Below are positions 31,442 through 39,953 of a stretch of 64,000 bases of DNA, one piece after another; the stretch's first letter is position 1, and every line of letters begins with the position of its first letter. A program made the position numbers and the translations under genes. Below the pieces are notes generated by a model that had not been told where the DNA came from, did no database searches, and saw only the letters and a program-made list of their open reading frames with translations. The stretch is from the NCBI GenBank assembly GCA_964291295.2, contig OZ219754.1:1664001-1728000 (forward strand), in the 5' to 3' direction. The stretch is from an uncultured Candidatus Binatia bacterium (GTDB lineage: Bacteria; Desulfobacterota; Binatia; UBA9968; JAJDTQ01).

Positions 31442-32211
31442 TTTCCCCTGAACTCGGGCTTGCGCTTGTCGATGAATGCCTGCATGCCCTCCCGCCGGTC
31501 CTCCGATGCGAACAGTGCATGGAAGGATTTGCGTTCGAAGGCGAGCCCCTCGTCCAGGGCCATGTTGGCCGCCTTGAGGATGGCCTCCTTGGCGAGACGG
31601 ACGGCGATGGGCGCCTTGTCGGCGATGGCCTGCGCCATGGCCCTGGCCTCGTCCAGCAGCACCTCCACCGGCACCACCTTGTTGACCAGGCCGCAGCGCT
31701 CCGCTTCGGCGGCGTCCATGAACCGGCCGGTGAGCACCAGCTCCATGGCCTTGTGCTTGCCCACCAGGTGCGTGAGCCGCTGGGTCCCGCCGGAGCCCGG
31801 TATGGTGCCCAGATTGATCTCGGGTTGGCCGAATACGGCCGATTCCGAAGCGATGATGATGTCGCAACTCATGGCCAGTTCGCAGCCGCCTCCCAGCGCG
31901 AAGCCGCTCACGGCGGCGATCATCGGCTTGGACAGGTTGTTGATGCGATCCCTGAAGGCCAGCCGCGCATGCGCCGGGCCGCCGAACGGGGTGGCGTCCA
32001 CCATCTCCTTGATGTCGGCGCCTGCGGCGAAGACGCGCTCGCTTCCGGTAATGATGAAGGCCCGGACGGCGTCGTCGGCATCAAGCGCTTCAAGGGCCGT
32101 GCACAGGTCCTTGCAGAGGCCGTAGGAAAGGGCATTGAGCTGTCCGGGACGGTTCAGGGTAGCCACGGCCACGGCCCCGTCCCGCTCGATGAGAATGTTC
32201 TCGAACTGCAT
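31438..32211 (-). CDS. paaF: enoyl-CoA hydratase, PaaF-like
   Basis: FAAGADI, GGGCE, GQPEINLG, PGSGGTQRL. Confidence 0.85.
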   Translation of the reverse strand: MQFENILIERDGAVAVATLNRPGQLNALSYGLCKDLCTALEALDADDAVRAFIITGSERVFAAGADIKEMVDATPFGGPAHARLAFRDRINNLSKPMIAAVSGFALGGGCELAMSCDIIIASESAVFGQPEINLGTIPGSGGTQRLTHLVGKHKAMELVLTGRFMDAAEAERCGLVNKVVPVEVLLDEARAMAQAIADKAPIAVRLAKEAILKAANMALDEGLAFERKSFHALFASEDRREGMQAFIDKRKPEFRGK

Positions 32212-32247
32212 ACAGGCTCGCAGCTATACACCATGCATCATGGGGTT

Positions 32248-32268
32248 TCAACGTGACGGTTTCGTTGA
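32248..32268. promoter_or_regulatory. candidate TetR operator (tcaacg-N9-cgttga)
   Basis: Inverted repeat in the ~90-bp divergent gap between paaF and the TetR gene. Confidence 0.35.
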
Positions 32269-32301
32269 CTTCGAAAAACCCATCTGACAAGATCCGGGCT
32301 G

Positions 32302-32979
32302 ATGCCGCGCGTTCCGGGGCCGCCCACCGCCCACCACGACGAAAAGCTGCAACAGATCCTCGAGCACTCCGCCAGGATCTTCGCGGAGAAGGGATTCGAC
32401 GGCACATCCATCCGCGAGATCAGCCGCGCCACGGGCATGAGCCTCGCCGGCCTCTACTACTATTTCCGCACCAAGGAAGAGCTGCTCTGCCTGATCCAGG
32501 AGCGCTGCCTTGTGACCCTGCTGGAGAACGGGCGCCGGATCCAGGAATCCGGGAAGAGCCCGCGGGAGAAGATCGCCCTGTTCGTCCACAACCATCTCGG
32601 CTTTTTCCTGCACAACATGAACGAGATGAAGGTGATGTCCCGGGAGGACACCGCGCTCACCGCCGACTACGAGAAGCGGATCCGCGATCTCAAGCGGCGC
32701 TATGTCAAGGCCCTCGTGGACATGGTGGAGGAGCTTCAGCGGCACGAGCCGGCCGGGAGGCTCGACGTGCGGGTGGCGGCATTGGCGCTCTTCGGCATGA
32801 TGAACTGGATCTACACCTGGTACAATCCCGCGCGCGATCCCGCCCTGCGGCCCCTCATCGAGCAGATGCTGCACATCTTCTTCTTTGGCGTCCTGAATCG
32901 ACAGGCGGGCGTCGAGGACGGACTGTTCCGGTCCTTCCCGCCCGACGGCGAGAGCTTCGGCTTGTGGCCGGGCTCGTGA
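32302..32979 (+). CDS. TetR family regulator (PaaR/KstR2-like)
   Basis: HTH FAEKGFDGTSIREI...GLYYYFRTKEELL; C-terminal GMMNWIYTWY. Confidence 0.92.
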   Translation: MPRVPGPPTAHHDEKLQQILEHSARIFAEKGFDGTSIREISRATGMSLAGLYYYFRTKEELLCLIQERCLVTLLENGRRIQESGKSPREKIALFVHNHLGFFLHNMNEMKVMSREDTALTADYEKRIRDLKRRYVKALVDMVEELQRHEPAGRLDVRVAALALFGMMNWIYTWYNPARDPALRPLIEQMLHIFFFGVLNRQAGVEDGLFRSFPPDGESFGLWPGS

Positions 32980-33208
32980 GCGGACCGTCCTTCCCGCTTC
33001 CGGCGCGCCGTCGAGTTGGAGCGGCGGGTGTCCTGAACCCGTGGAGACTCATTGAGGCCAAGGACACGGCGATCCTGGGGTGATCCTGGCCCCGGAGCGG
33101 GGATCCGGTCACGGCGTGGAGAGGTGCGTAGCCGGGGGCGCCGGGACGCCGCCCTCGTTCAGGGCGTCGGCCCGCGATACTTGAGATGGCGTCCGCTCGC
33201 GATACTTG

Positions 33209-33347
33209 AATCTCACGACCGGAAGTCACGCCGGAATCTCACCCCGCAATCTCACCCCGGAATCTCACCCCGGAATCTCACCCCGGAATCTCACCCCGCA
33301 ATCTCACGACCGGAGTCTTACGACCGGAAGTCACCCCTGAGTCTCAC
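33209..33347. repeat. 13-bp tandem repeat (aatctcaccccg[g/c]), about 5 clean copies plus degenerate flanks
   Basis: Seen directly between the convergent TetR and GST genes. Confidence 0.85.
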
Positions 33348-33973
33348 GCGGCCGCGCTGGGACGCCGGCTGACCCGACGGTACCACGCGGCCGCGTGGGT
33401 GCATTCGGCCGGGAGGCTCATCTTGATCCAGCCCGCGAAGTCCACGGCCACCTGGGCCGTGATGTCGGCAATGGTGTAACGTTCGCCCGCGACAAAGGGA
33501 TGGAGCGCGAGCCGGGTGTCCAGTTCGGCGAAGAAACGCTCCACCCGCCCGCGCCCGCGCCGCACCAGTTCCGGGATCTGTCCGACGCTTGCCGGTCCGG
33601 TCAGCGCCCGCCCCGACAGCCCTCTGGCGCCGTTGCGGAACGCCTCGGTAACGGCCAGGAAGCCGTCCATCTCGAAGCGGTGCTCCCACATGGCCACCAC
33701 CGCCCGGTCCCGTGCGTCCATGCCCATGAGCGGCGGGTCGGGGTGTGCCTCCTCCAGGTATCGGCACACCGCCACCGCTTCGCTGATGGCGGTGCCGTCA
33801 TCGAGTTCCAGCACCGGCACGGTGCACCAGGGGTTGAGTTGGCGGAACGTCTCGGTCAGGTGCTCGCCGTTGCGCAGATCCACCTGCACCACGGGGATGT
33901 CCAGCCCCTTTTCGGCCATGAAGATGCGTACCCGTCGCGGACTCGGCGCGGTGCTGCAGTCGTAGAACCTCAC
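33344..33973 (-). CDS. glutathione S-transferase family protein
   Basis: APSPRRVRIF, NPWCTVPVL, SEAVAVCRYLE, YTIADI. Confidence 0.92.
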   Translation of the reverse strand: MRFYDCSTAPSPRRVRIFMAEKGLDIPVVQVDLRNGEHLTETFRQLNPWCTVPVLELDDGTAISEAVAVCRYLEEAHPDPPLMGMDARDRAVVAMWEHRFEMDGFLAVTEAFRNGARGLSGRALTGPASVGQIPELVRRGRGRVERFFAELDTRLALHPFVAGERYTIADITAQVAVDFAGWIKMSLPAECTHAAAWYRRVSRRPSAAA

Positions 33974-33980
33974 GGTCCGC

Positions 33981-35282
33981 TCACCCTGCGCTTCGCACCG
34001 GTATCCCGTACTGCCGGAGGGTGGTCTCCAGCGTCGGGCGGCCCAGCCGAAGGCGCCCGTCGTTCAGCAGGTACGAGAACAGGTACCCCGCACAGAGCAT
34101 CAATATTCCGATCAGGAAACAGTACAGGACCGCCCGGTCGGGGTAGGAGTCCTTCAGATATCCCACGTAGAGCGGGCCGAAGATACCCGCCGCGGCCCAC
34201 GCGGTGAGGATCACGCCATACATCCGGGACATCTTCTCGGTGCCGAAGACGTCCAGGATGTACGGCGGCATGGTGGCGAATCCGCCGCCGAAACAGAGCA
34301 GCACGTAGCAGACCAGCACGGAGAAGACCCACGGGTTGCTCTCTGTCATGAGCACGCCGAACACCACCATCTGGCTGGCCAGCAGGATGCGGAAGACCTT
34401 GACCCGGCCGATGCGGTCCGACAGGAGGCCCCAGAACAATCGTCCCACGCCGTTGCACACGGAACTGGCGGCGATGAGGGTGGCGCCGTACTCCGCCAGC
34501 ACCGCCGGCTCGATGGTGGCGTCGGCGAGCCCCCAGACCTCCTGCAGCAGTTCCGACTGGAAGCTGATGACGGAGATGCCGGCGGCGATGTTGAAGAAGA
34601 AAACGGTCCACATGATGATGAACTGACCGGACTTGAGGTAGGGCAGCGTGGAGTCCGGCTCGTTGGTGTCCGTGATCGGGGAAGCGCCGCCCGAAGCCTT
34701 CGCCGGCGCCGTCGGATCGCTCAGCGCCAGACTGCAAGGGATCAGGATGGCGGCGAATATGATGCCCAGCCACAGGAAGACCATGGCCAGGTCGCCTTCC
34801 GTGCGCACCACCAGGAAGGGGGCAAGGCCCTTGCTCAGGAGCAGCGCTCCGACGCCGAAGCCCATCACCACGATTCCCGTGACCAGTCCCTTCATGTCCG
34901 GGAACCACTTGGCGACCGTCGCCACCGGGGTCACGTAACCCAGCCCGATACCGGCTCCCCCGATGACGCCATAGCCCACGTAGAAGAGGGGCAGGAAGTC
35001 CAGCCGCAGCGCCAGGCTGGCGATGGCGTAGCCGCCGGAGAACATGATGCTGCCCGCCAGCGCCAGGCGCCGGGGCCCCAGCCGTCCGAGCGCGGAGCCG
35101 GCCCAGGCGGCGGAAGTGCCGAGACAGAAGATGGCGATGCTGAAGGCCCAGGCGGTCTCGGTGTGGGTCCATCCGGACTGGCGCACCAGCATGGTCTGGA
35201 AGAAGCTCCAGGCATACACCGTCCCGAAGCAGATCTGCAGCATGGTGCAGAAGAACGCGATGGCGATCCTGTGAATGCGCAC
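33981..35282 (-). CDS. MFS transporter, oxalate:formate antiporter (OFA/MCT-like) family
   Basis: GTVYAWSFF, GLGYVTPVATVAKWFPD, LSDRIGR; 12 TM; GGAGG RBS before GTG. Confidence 0.9.
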   Translation of the reverse strand: MRIHRIAIAFFCTMLQICFGTVYAWSFFQTMLVRQSGWTHTETAWAFSIAIFCLGTSAAWAGSALGRLGPRRLALAGSIMFSGGYAIASLALRLDFLPLFYVGYGVIGGAGIGLGYVTPVATVAKWFPDMKGLVTGIVVMGFGVGALLLSKGLAPFLVVRTEGDLAMVFLWLGIIFAAILIPCSLALSDPTAPAKASGGASPITDTNEPDSTLPYLKSGQFIIMWTVFFFNIAAGISVISFQSELLQEVWGLADATIEPAVLAEYGATLIAASSVCNGVGRLFWGLLSDRIGRVKVFRILLASQMVVFGVLMTESNPWVFSVLVCYVLLCFGGGFATMPPYILDVFGTEKMSRMYGVILTAWAAAGIFGPLYVGYLKDSYPDRAVLYCFLIGILMLCAGYLFSYLLNDGRLRLGRPTLETTLRQYGIPVRSAG

Positions 35283-35315
35283 CCGCAGGCCCTCCGTGCC
35301 GCTTCTGTCCGGCGC

Positions 35316-36065
35316 CTATCCGGCGCCTTCCGCCGCCGGGGGCGGCTTGTCCGACGGGTTCCCGCGTTGCGAGACGTGAAGGAACAGCCGCGCAAGCTCT
35401 CCGGCCTCGTCGTCCCGCTCCAGGATCTTCGCGTCCCCCGGGCCTGCGGCCGCATCCTCCCGGGCCAGCGTCACGGCGTATGCCAGAAGCTCTCCCAACG
35501 GCTTTGCCGCCAGGTTGACGAACCAGATGGACCCCAGGACTCCCACCAGCAGGAGGATGGAGATCAGGTAGACCTGCTGGCCGATGGCCCGCTGGATCTT
35601 GACGCCGATGACGTCCAGGTCCATCCCCACGTGAACGGTGCCGGCGAAGCCCGCCAGGATCGGGCTGCCGACCTCCACGAACTCTCCCATTCCCGGCAGC
35701 CTCCGGTTCACCGCCTCGGTCTGCTTCGGGTCGCTCCGGCGAATGACCTCGGGAATGCCGGGGACGAAGGTATGGGCCAGGAACTCGCCCTCGTCGCTGG
35801 TGATGTAGACGTAGCGGATGCCCTGGATCTCCACGAACTGGTCGATGAGCGACTGGAGCGTGGCCAGGTTCCGGTTCAGCAGGATGTCGACGCTGGCATC
35901 GGCGATGGTCTTGGCGATGTTCCGGCTGTTGCTCTCGTACTCCGCCGACAGGTGGGTCTGGACCGTGTAGATGGTGAGCGCCGAGGTGGACAGCACGATC
36001 AGGCCGAAGAGCCCGAAGATGCCGAACTGGGTTCTCTGAAAGAGTTTCCTGATCTTCATGGTCAC
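35316..36065 (-). CDS. two-TM sensor-like membrane protein (periplasmic domain + HAMP-like region, no kinase output)
   Basis: TM1, periplasmic sensor-like segment, TM2, then PLGEL...DDEAGELARLF HAMP-like; ends shortly after. GTGA overlap with the SBP gene. Confidence 0.72.
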   Translation of the reverse strand: MTMKIRKLFQRTQFGIFGLFGLIVLSTSALTIYTVQTHLSAEYESNSRNIAKTIADASVDILLNRNLATLQSLIDQFVEIQGIRYVYITSDEGEFLAHTFVPGIPEVIRRSDPKQTEAVNRRLPGMGEFVEVGSPILAGFAGTVHVGMDLDVIGVKIQRAIGQQVYLISILLLVGVLGSIWFVNLAAKPLGELLAYAVTLAREDAAAGPGDAKILERDDEAGELARLFLHVSQRGNPSDKPPPAAEGAG

Positions 36066-37339
36066 CCGAGCTTTGCCTTCCAGTCGTTCAGGGTAACGAA
36101 CCGGCCGCCCTCGACGACTGTGTAGTAGACCTTCTGCAAACCCTGCCGGCGTTCCGGCCCGAAGGAGACCGCTTCACCGATTCCCAGGTCGAAGTCGCGC
36201 ACGGAGAACACGGCTGCTTCCAGCCCGCGCCGGCTCGGTCTCCCCTTGAGCCGCCGGAGGATCTCCACCATCAGCTTCGCGTCCAGAAACCCCTCCAGGC
36301 TCACGAAGCTCTGGGGAAACGGGGTGTAGGCCTCCTTTATCAGCCGTGCGGGCACTTGGGGGTCGTACCGCGCCATCAGCTGGCGATACTCCCTCACCGC
36401 CGGGAAGGAGGTGTCCTCGTAGCTGGGCACCACCTGCGAGTTGACCAGATAGCGGGTGTAGACGTCGGCGTCGTCACGACCTTCGGACAGCAGCTTGAGC
36501 AGGTTCTCGCTGCCGACGAACGAAAGGTTGGCGATGGGAACCCGAAGGCCCAGGTCCACGGCGTCACGGACAAAGCCGGCGCACGCGGCATAGGCGCCGA
36601 CGCAGATCACGGCATCGGGTGAGGCCTGTTTCAGGATCTCCACCTGGGCCCGGAAGCTGCCGGTGAAGCGCGTTCCCCGGCGGTACGTGGCCTCGCCGGC
36701 GACCCTTGCGCCGTGTTCTTTCAGGGCCGCCCGGACGCCGGCCCAACCGCTCCGGCCGTAGGCGTCGGCCTGGTAGAACATGGCAATGCGCTTGCGGCCG
36801 ATGCGGACGAAGTTGTTCACCAGGCCGGCGGTTTCCTGCCGGTAGGAGGCCCGCAGATTGAAGGCGAAGTCGCCGTATGGGGGTTCCCGCTGCGGTTGAG
36901 CTCCGGTGAAGGGGAAGAAGAGGTAGACCTGCTGGTCCTGGAACTTCTTCAGCATGGGCAGGACCCGGGTGACGGTGGGCGTGCCCACATACCCGAAGAG
37001 CAGGAAGACCCGGTCCTCCAGCATGAGCTTGACGGTGTTCTCGACACAGGGGTCCGGCTGATAGCCGTCGTCGTAGAGCCTGAGCGCAATCCTGCGGCCG
37101 TTGACGCCGCCGTTCTCGTTGATGTGATTGAAGTAGGAACTGGCGCCGCGGTAGAGTTCGGTGCCGAGTCCCCGGGAAGGGCCGGAAAAAGCGGCGGACA
37201 CCCCCAGGATGATCTCGTCGTCGTTGCTGCTGCTGTCGGCGGCGCCCGCGGAACCGAGCCACGGGGGCGCGAGCATCGCCAGCAGTCCGGCGCCCACCAC
37301 CTGCCTGCGCGTCCAGTGCGCCCGGGTGGACAGGCGCAC
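36062..37339 (-). CDS. LivK-like (class I) substrate-binding protein, Tat-type signal
   Basis: TRRQVVG Tat motif; SAAFSGP, GGVNGRRI, DDGYQP, GYVGTPT. Start uncertain (frame open to 37459). Confidence 0.87.
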   Translation of the reverse strand: MRLSTRAHWTRRQVVGAGLLAMLAPPWLGSAGAADSSSNDDEIILGVSAAFSGPSRGLGTELYRGASSYFNHINENGGVNGRRIALRLYDDGYQPDPCVENTVKLMLEDRVFLLFGYVGTPTVTRVLPMLKKFQDQQVYLFFPFTGAQPQREPPYGDFAFNLRASYRQETAGLVNNFVRIGRKRIAMFYQADAYGRSGWAGVRAALKEHGARVAGEATYRRGTRFTGSFRAQVEILKQASPDAVICVGAYAACAGFVRDAVDLGLRVPIANLSFVGSENLLKLLSEGRDDADVYTRYLVNSQVVPSYEDTSFPAVREYRQLMARYDPQVPARLIKEAYTPFPQSFVSLEGFLDAKLMVEILRRLKGRPSRRGLEAAVFSVRDFDLGIGEAVSFGPERRQGLQKVYYTVVEGGRFVTLNDWKAKLG

Positions 37340-37573
37340 CCCGCGGTCACCTCCGCTGCGACCTTCCGTCCTCACATGCGACCTCGCTTTCTTCAAGCCC
37401 GGCGAGCCGGGAACCGGCGTGCTGGAGACCTGAATGCCGGTCTCCGACGTGTCGGACAATCAGGGTCGGCGTGAAAACCCACCGCGCAGACTAACCCGCT
37501 TCCCTTCCTGAATCAACGATGCGCCGCGGGGTCTCCGGCGGCGGCCCGGCGTCCGCCGTGCTCATCGCCATGC

Positions 37574-38464
37574 TCATGCACCGCCCTGGAAGGATCGCAA
37601 CACCTCCAAAGTTTCCCGGTCTTCCTTCAGGTCTTTTCCCTTGGGCGTTTCGAGGCACATGGGCAGGCCGAAGAAACGCCTGTCGTTCATCAGCAGCCGG
37701 AACGGCTCCATGTCGATGTGCCCCTTGCCGATGTTCTCGTGGCGGTCCACGCGGCAGTCGAGTTCCTTCTTCGAGTCGTTCAGATGGAAGGCGGCCAGGA
37801 GCCTGAGCCCGATGGTACGGTCGAACTCCGCAAAGGTCCGTTCGTAGCCTTCCCGGGTGCGGATGTCGTAGCCGGCCGCAAACGCGTGTTGCGTGTCGAA
37901 ACACACCCGCAGCCGGTCGCTTTCCCCGACGCTGTCGATGATGTGGTGAATGTGCTCGAAGCGATAGCCCAGGTTGGTGCCCTGGCCGGCGGTGATCTCC
38001 AGCGCCACCCGCACCCCGAAGCCTGCGCAGCGCCGGTGAATGGCGTCCAGGGAACGCGCGATGGTGCGCAGGCCCGCCTGTTCGCCGGCTCCAGTGTGGG
38101 CCCCGGGGTGGGCGATGAGCAAGGGGATGCCCAAGGCCTCGCACCGCTCCATCTCGTCCACGAAGGCGGCCACGGACTTCTGCCGCAGTTGCCGGTCCGG
38201 GGAGCCGAGGTTGAGCAGGTACGAATCGTGAGCCACCACCGTGTGGATGCCGCCGGCCTTCTGCGTCTCCTTGAACGTGCGGATGTCATCCTCGCTCAAG
38301 GGGGAGGCCGTCCACTGCCGTGACGACTTGGTGAATATCTGGATGGCTTCGCAGCCCAAGCCGTCGCCGGCAAGCAGGGCATTGTGAACCCCGCCGGCAA
38401 TGGACATGTGGGCCCCCAGCAAGGGGCGATCCCCGGGCTTCTTCTTTCGCGGGGACGAGGCCAT
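37574..38464 (-). CDS. nfo: endonuclease IV
   Basis: GAHMSIAGG, HDSYLLNL, HPG, EITAGQG, DTQH, HLNDSK, DRHENIG, ETP. Confidence 0.95.
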   Translation of the reverse strand: MASSPRKKKPGDRPLLGAHMSIAGGVHNALLAGDGLGCEAIQIFTKSSRQWTASPLSEDDIRTFKETQKAGGIHTVVAHDSYLLNLGSPDRQLRQKSVAAFVDEMERCEALGIPLLIAHPGAHTGAGEQAGLRTIARSLDAIHRRCAGFGVRVALEITAGQGTNLGYRFEHIHHIIDSVGESDRLRVCFDTQHAFAAGYDIRTREGYERTFAEFDRTIGLRLLAAFHLNDSKKELDCRVDRHENIGKGHIDMEPFRLLMNDRRFFGLPMCLETPKGKDLKEDRETLEVLRSFQGGA

Positions 38465-38603
38465 GGGCACGAATCTATAGCACAACGCAGTTGCGTGCCA
38501 AACCCGGCCGGCCCGCTCCGGACCGGCGGACGAATGTTGCCATGCGCGCCCGATTGCAGTAATCCAGGACAACGTTTCAGGACAACACCGCACAAGGAGA
38601 TCC

Positions 38604-39014
38604 ATGATGGCGAACTGGCTGCTCAAGACCGAACCGGGCGTTTACTCCTTCGCCGACCTGCAGCGGGACAAGTCCACGGTCTGGGACGGCATCAGGAACA
38701 ATCTGGCGCTCCTGCACCTGAAGACCGTCAGGAAGGGCGACCGTTGCATCATCTACCACACCGGCGGCGAGAGGGTCTGCGTCGGCCTCGGCACCGCCAC
38801 CACCGGCGCCTACCCCGACCCGGAGAAGGACGACCCCAAGCTGCTGGTGTTCGACATCAAGGTGGGCAAGGCGCTGAAGCGCGCGGTGTCGCTGGCCGAA
38901 ATGAAACTCAACCCCGAACTGGAGGGCTTCGACCTGTTTCGCCTGGGCCGGCTTTCCTTCGTTCCGGTGAGCGACGCCCACTACGACGTCATCATGGCCA
39001 TGGCCAAGGGCTGA
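38604..39014 (+). CDS. EVE domain protein
   Basis: WLLKTEP, WDGIRN, GD...YHTG, AYPDP, RLSFVPV. Confidence 0.92.
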   Translation: MMANWLLKTEPGVYSFADLQRDKSTVWDGIRNNLALLHLKTVRKGDRCIIYHTGGERVCVGLGTATTGAYPDPEKDDPKLLVFDIKVGKALKRAVSLAEMKLNPELEGFDLFRLGRLSFVPVSDAHYDVIMAMAKG

Positions 39015-39082
39015 CGGCCCGCCACCGCCGTATCCCCGAAACGCCGGACGCCAACAGGAGGCGGTCCAACAGGAGACGATCC

Positions 39083-39349
39083 ATGAAGAAGGCAGATTTC
39101 CGCCAGTTCTATCGCGACGCCCACGCCGTCGATTGCCTCAGCGAACGGGAGAAGATATTCCTCGGCCTTGCCGTGGCCATGACGCGAAACTGCGACCCCT
39201 GAGTGGACCGGCGCCTTGCGGACGCAAGGAAAGCAGGTATCGTCGAGGAGGACCTCGACGCCGCGGTGGACGTCATCGCCGCCGTCGACGCCGGCATTCT
39301 GCAGTCGCTGAACCAGCGCATCAGGCAGCGGCAGAAAGAGCGGGAGTGA
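39083..39349 (+). CDS. CMD/AhpD-like selenoprotein with CxxU motif (UGA at 39200-39202)
   Basis: MKKADFRQFY...LSEREKIFLGLAVAMTRNCDP-U-VDRRLADARKAGIVEEDL...; TGA sits at the second Cys position of the CMD CxxC; CAGGAG RBS; hairpin downstream. Confidence 0.85.
39214..39229 (+). promoter_or_regulatory. bacterial SECIS-like hairpin
   Basis: ccttgc-ggac-gcaagg begins 11 nt after the UGA, with G at the start of the apical loop. Confidence 0.7.
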
Positions 39350-39522
39350 GATCGGGGGTGAGCCTGTCGCGGGATTGTCGCGATATTGTTGAAACCCGCC
39401 TTCCGAGGTGGTAGATGTCAAGGTGCAGAGTGGGTCAGTGAGTCAGGGTTCGTCAGTTTTCTCAGTGAGTGAGTCATGGTTCCTCAATGTTCCAGCCATG
39501 AATTCAGCCATGGTTCCACAGG

Positions 39523-39599
39523 GGTCGCATAGCTCAGCCGGTTAGAGCGCTTGCCTCACATGCAAGAGGCCGCAGGTTCGAGTCCTGCTGCGACCACCA
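39523..39599 (+). tRNA. tRNA-Val(CAC)
   Basis: Acceptor GGTCGCA/TGCGACC, D-arm, anticodon stem CTTGC/GCAAG with loop CT-CAC-AT, GGTTCGAGTCC T-arm, encoded CCA. Confidence 0.96.
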
Positions 39600-39953
39600 C
39601 CCTTTCCCCTTCTTCTTTCTCTTCTTCCGATTGCCCGCATGCCTGTCGCGGTCAACGTTCTTTCCGGACGACGCGACCAGCCTTGGCTTCATTGCATTGA
39701 CATCGGGAATGGGCGGCGGGCGGAAGGCGTGCCCTCGCCGCCGCCCCGAAGGGTGCCAGGACGGTCCCGCCCTGGTTCATGGACAGTCTCATCCTGGTTC
39801 ATCTGTAATTCCTCAGCGTGGGGTTGTCCGGAAGCGGTGCGGAACCGCCTTGCAGCGACAGGGTTCCCGGGGGTACCTTGTCGTTGCCTGTCGTATCGGG
39901 ACGGGATCGTTTGAAGATGGATCACCTGAGGACGGATCATTGGAGGACGGAAT

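Noticed and set aside
33209-33347. Possible CRISPR array (also considered 54455-54628 and 1327-1372)
   Set aside because: Contiguous tandem units without unique spacers; no cas genes.
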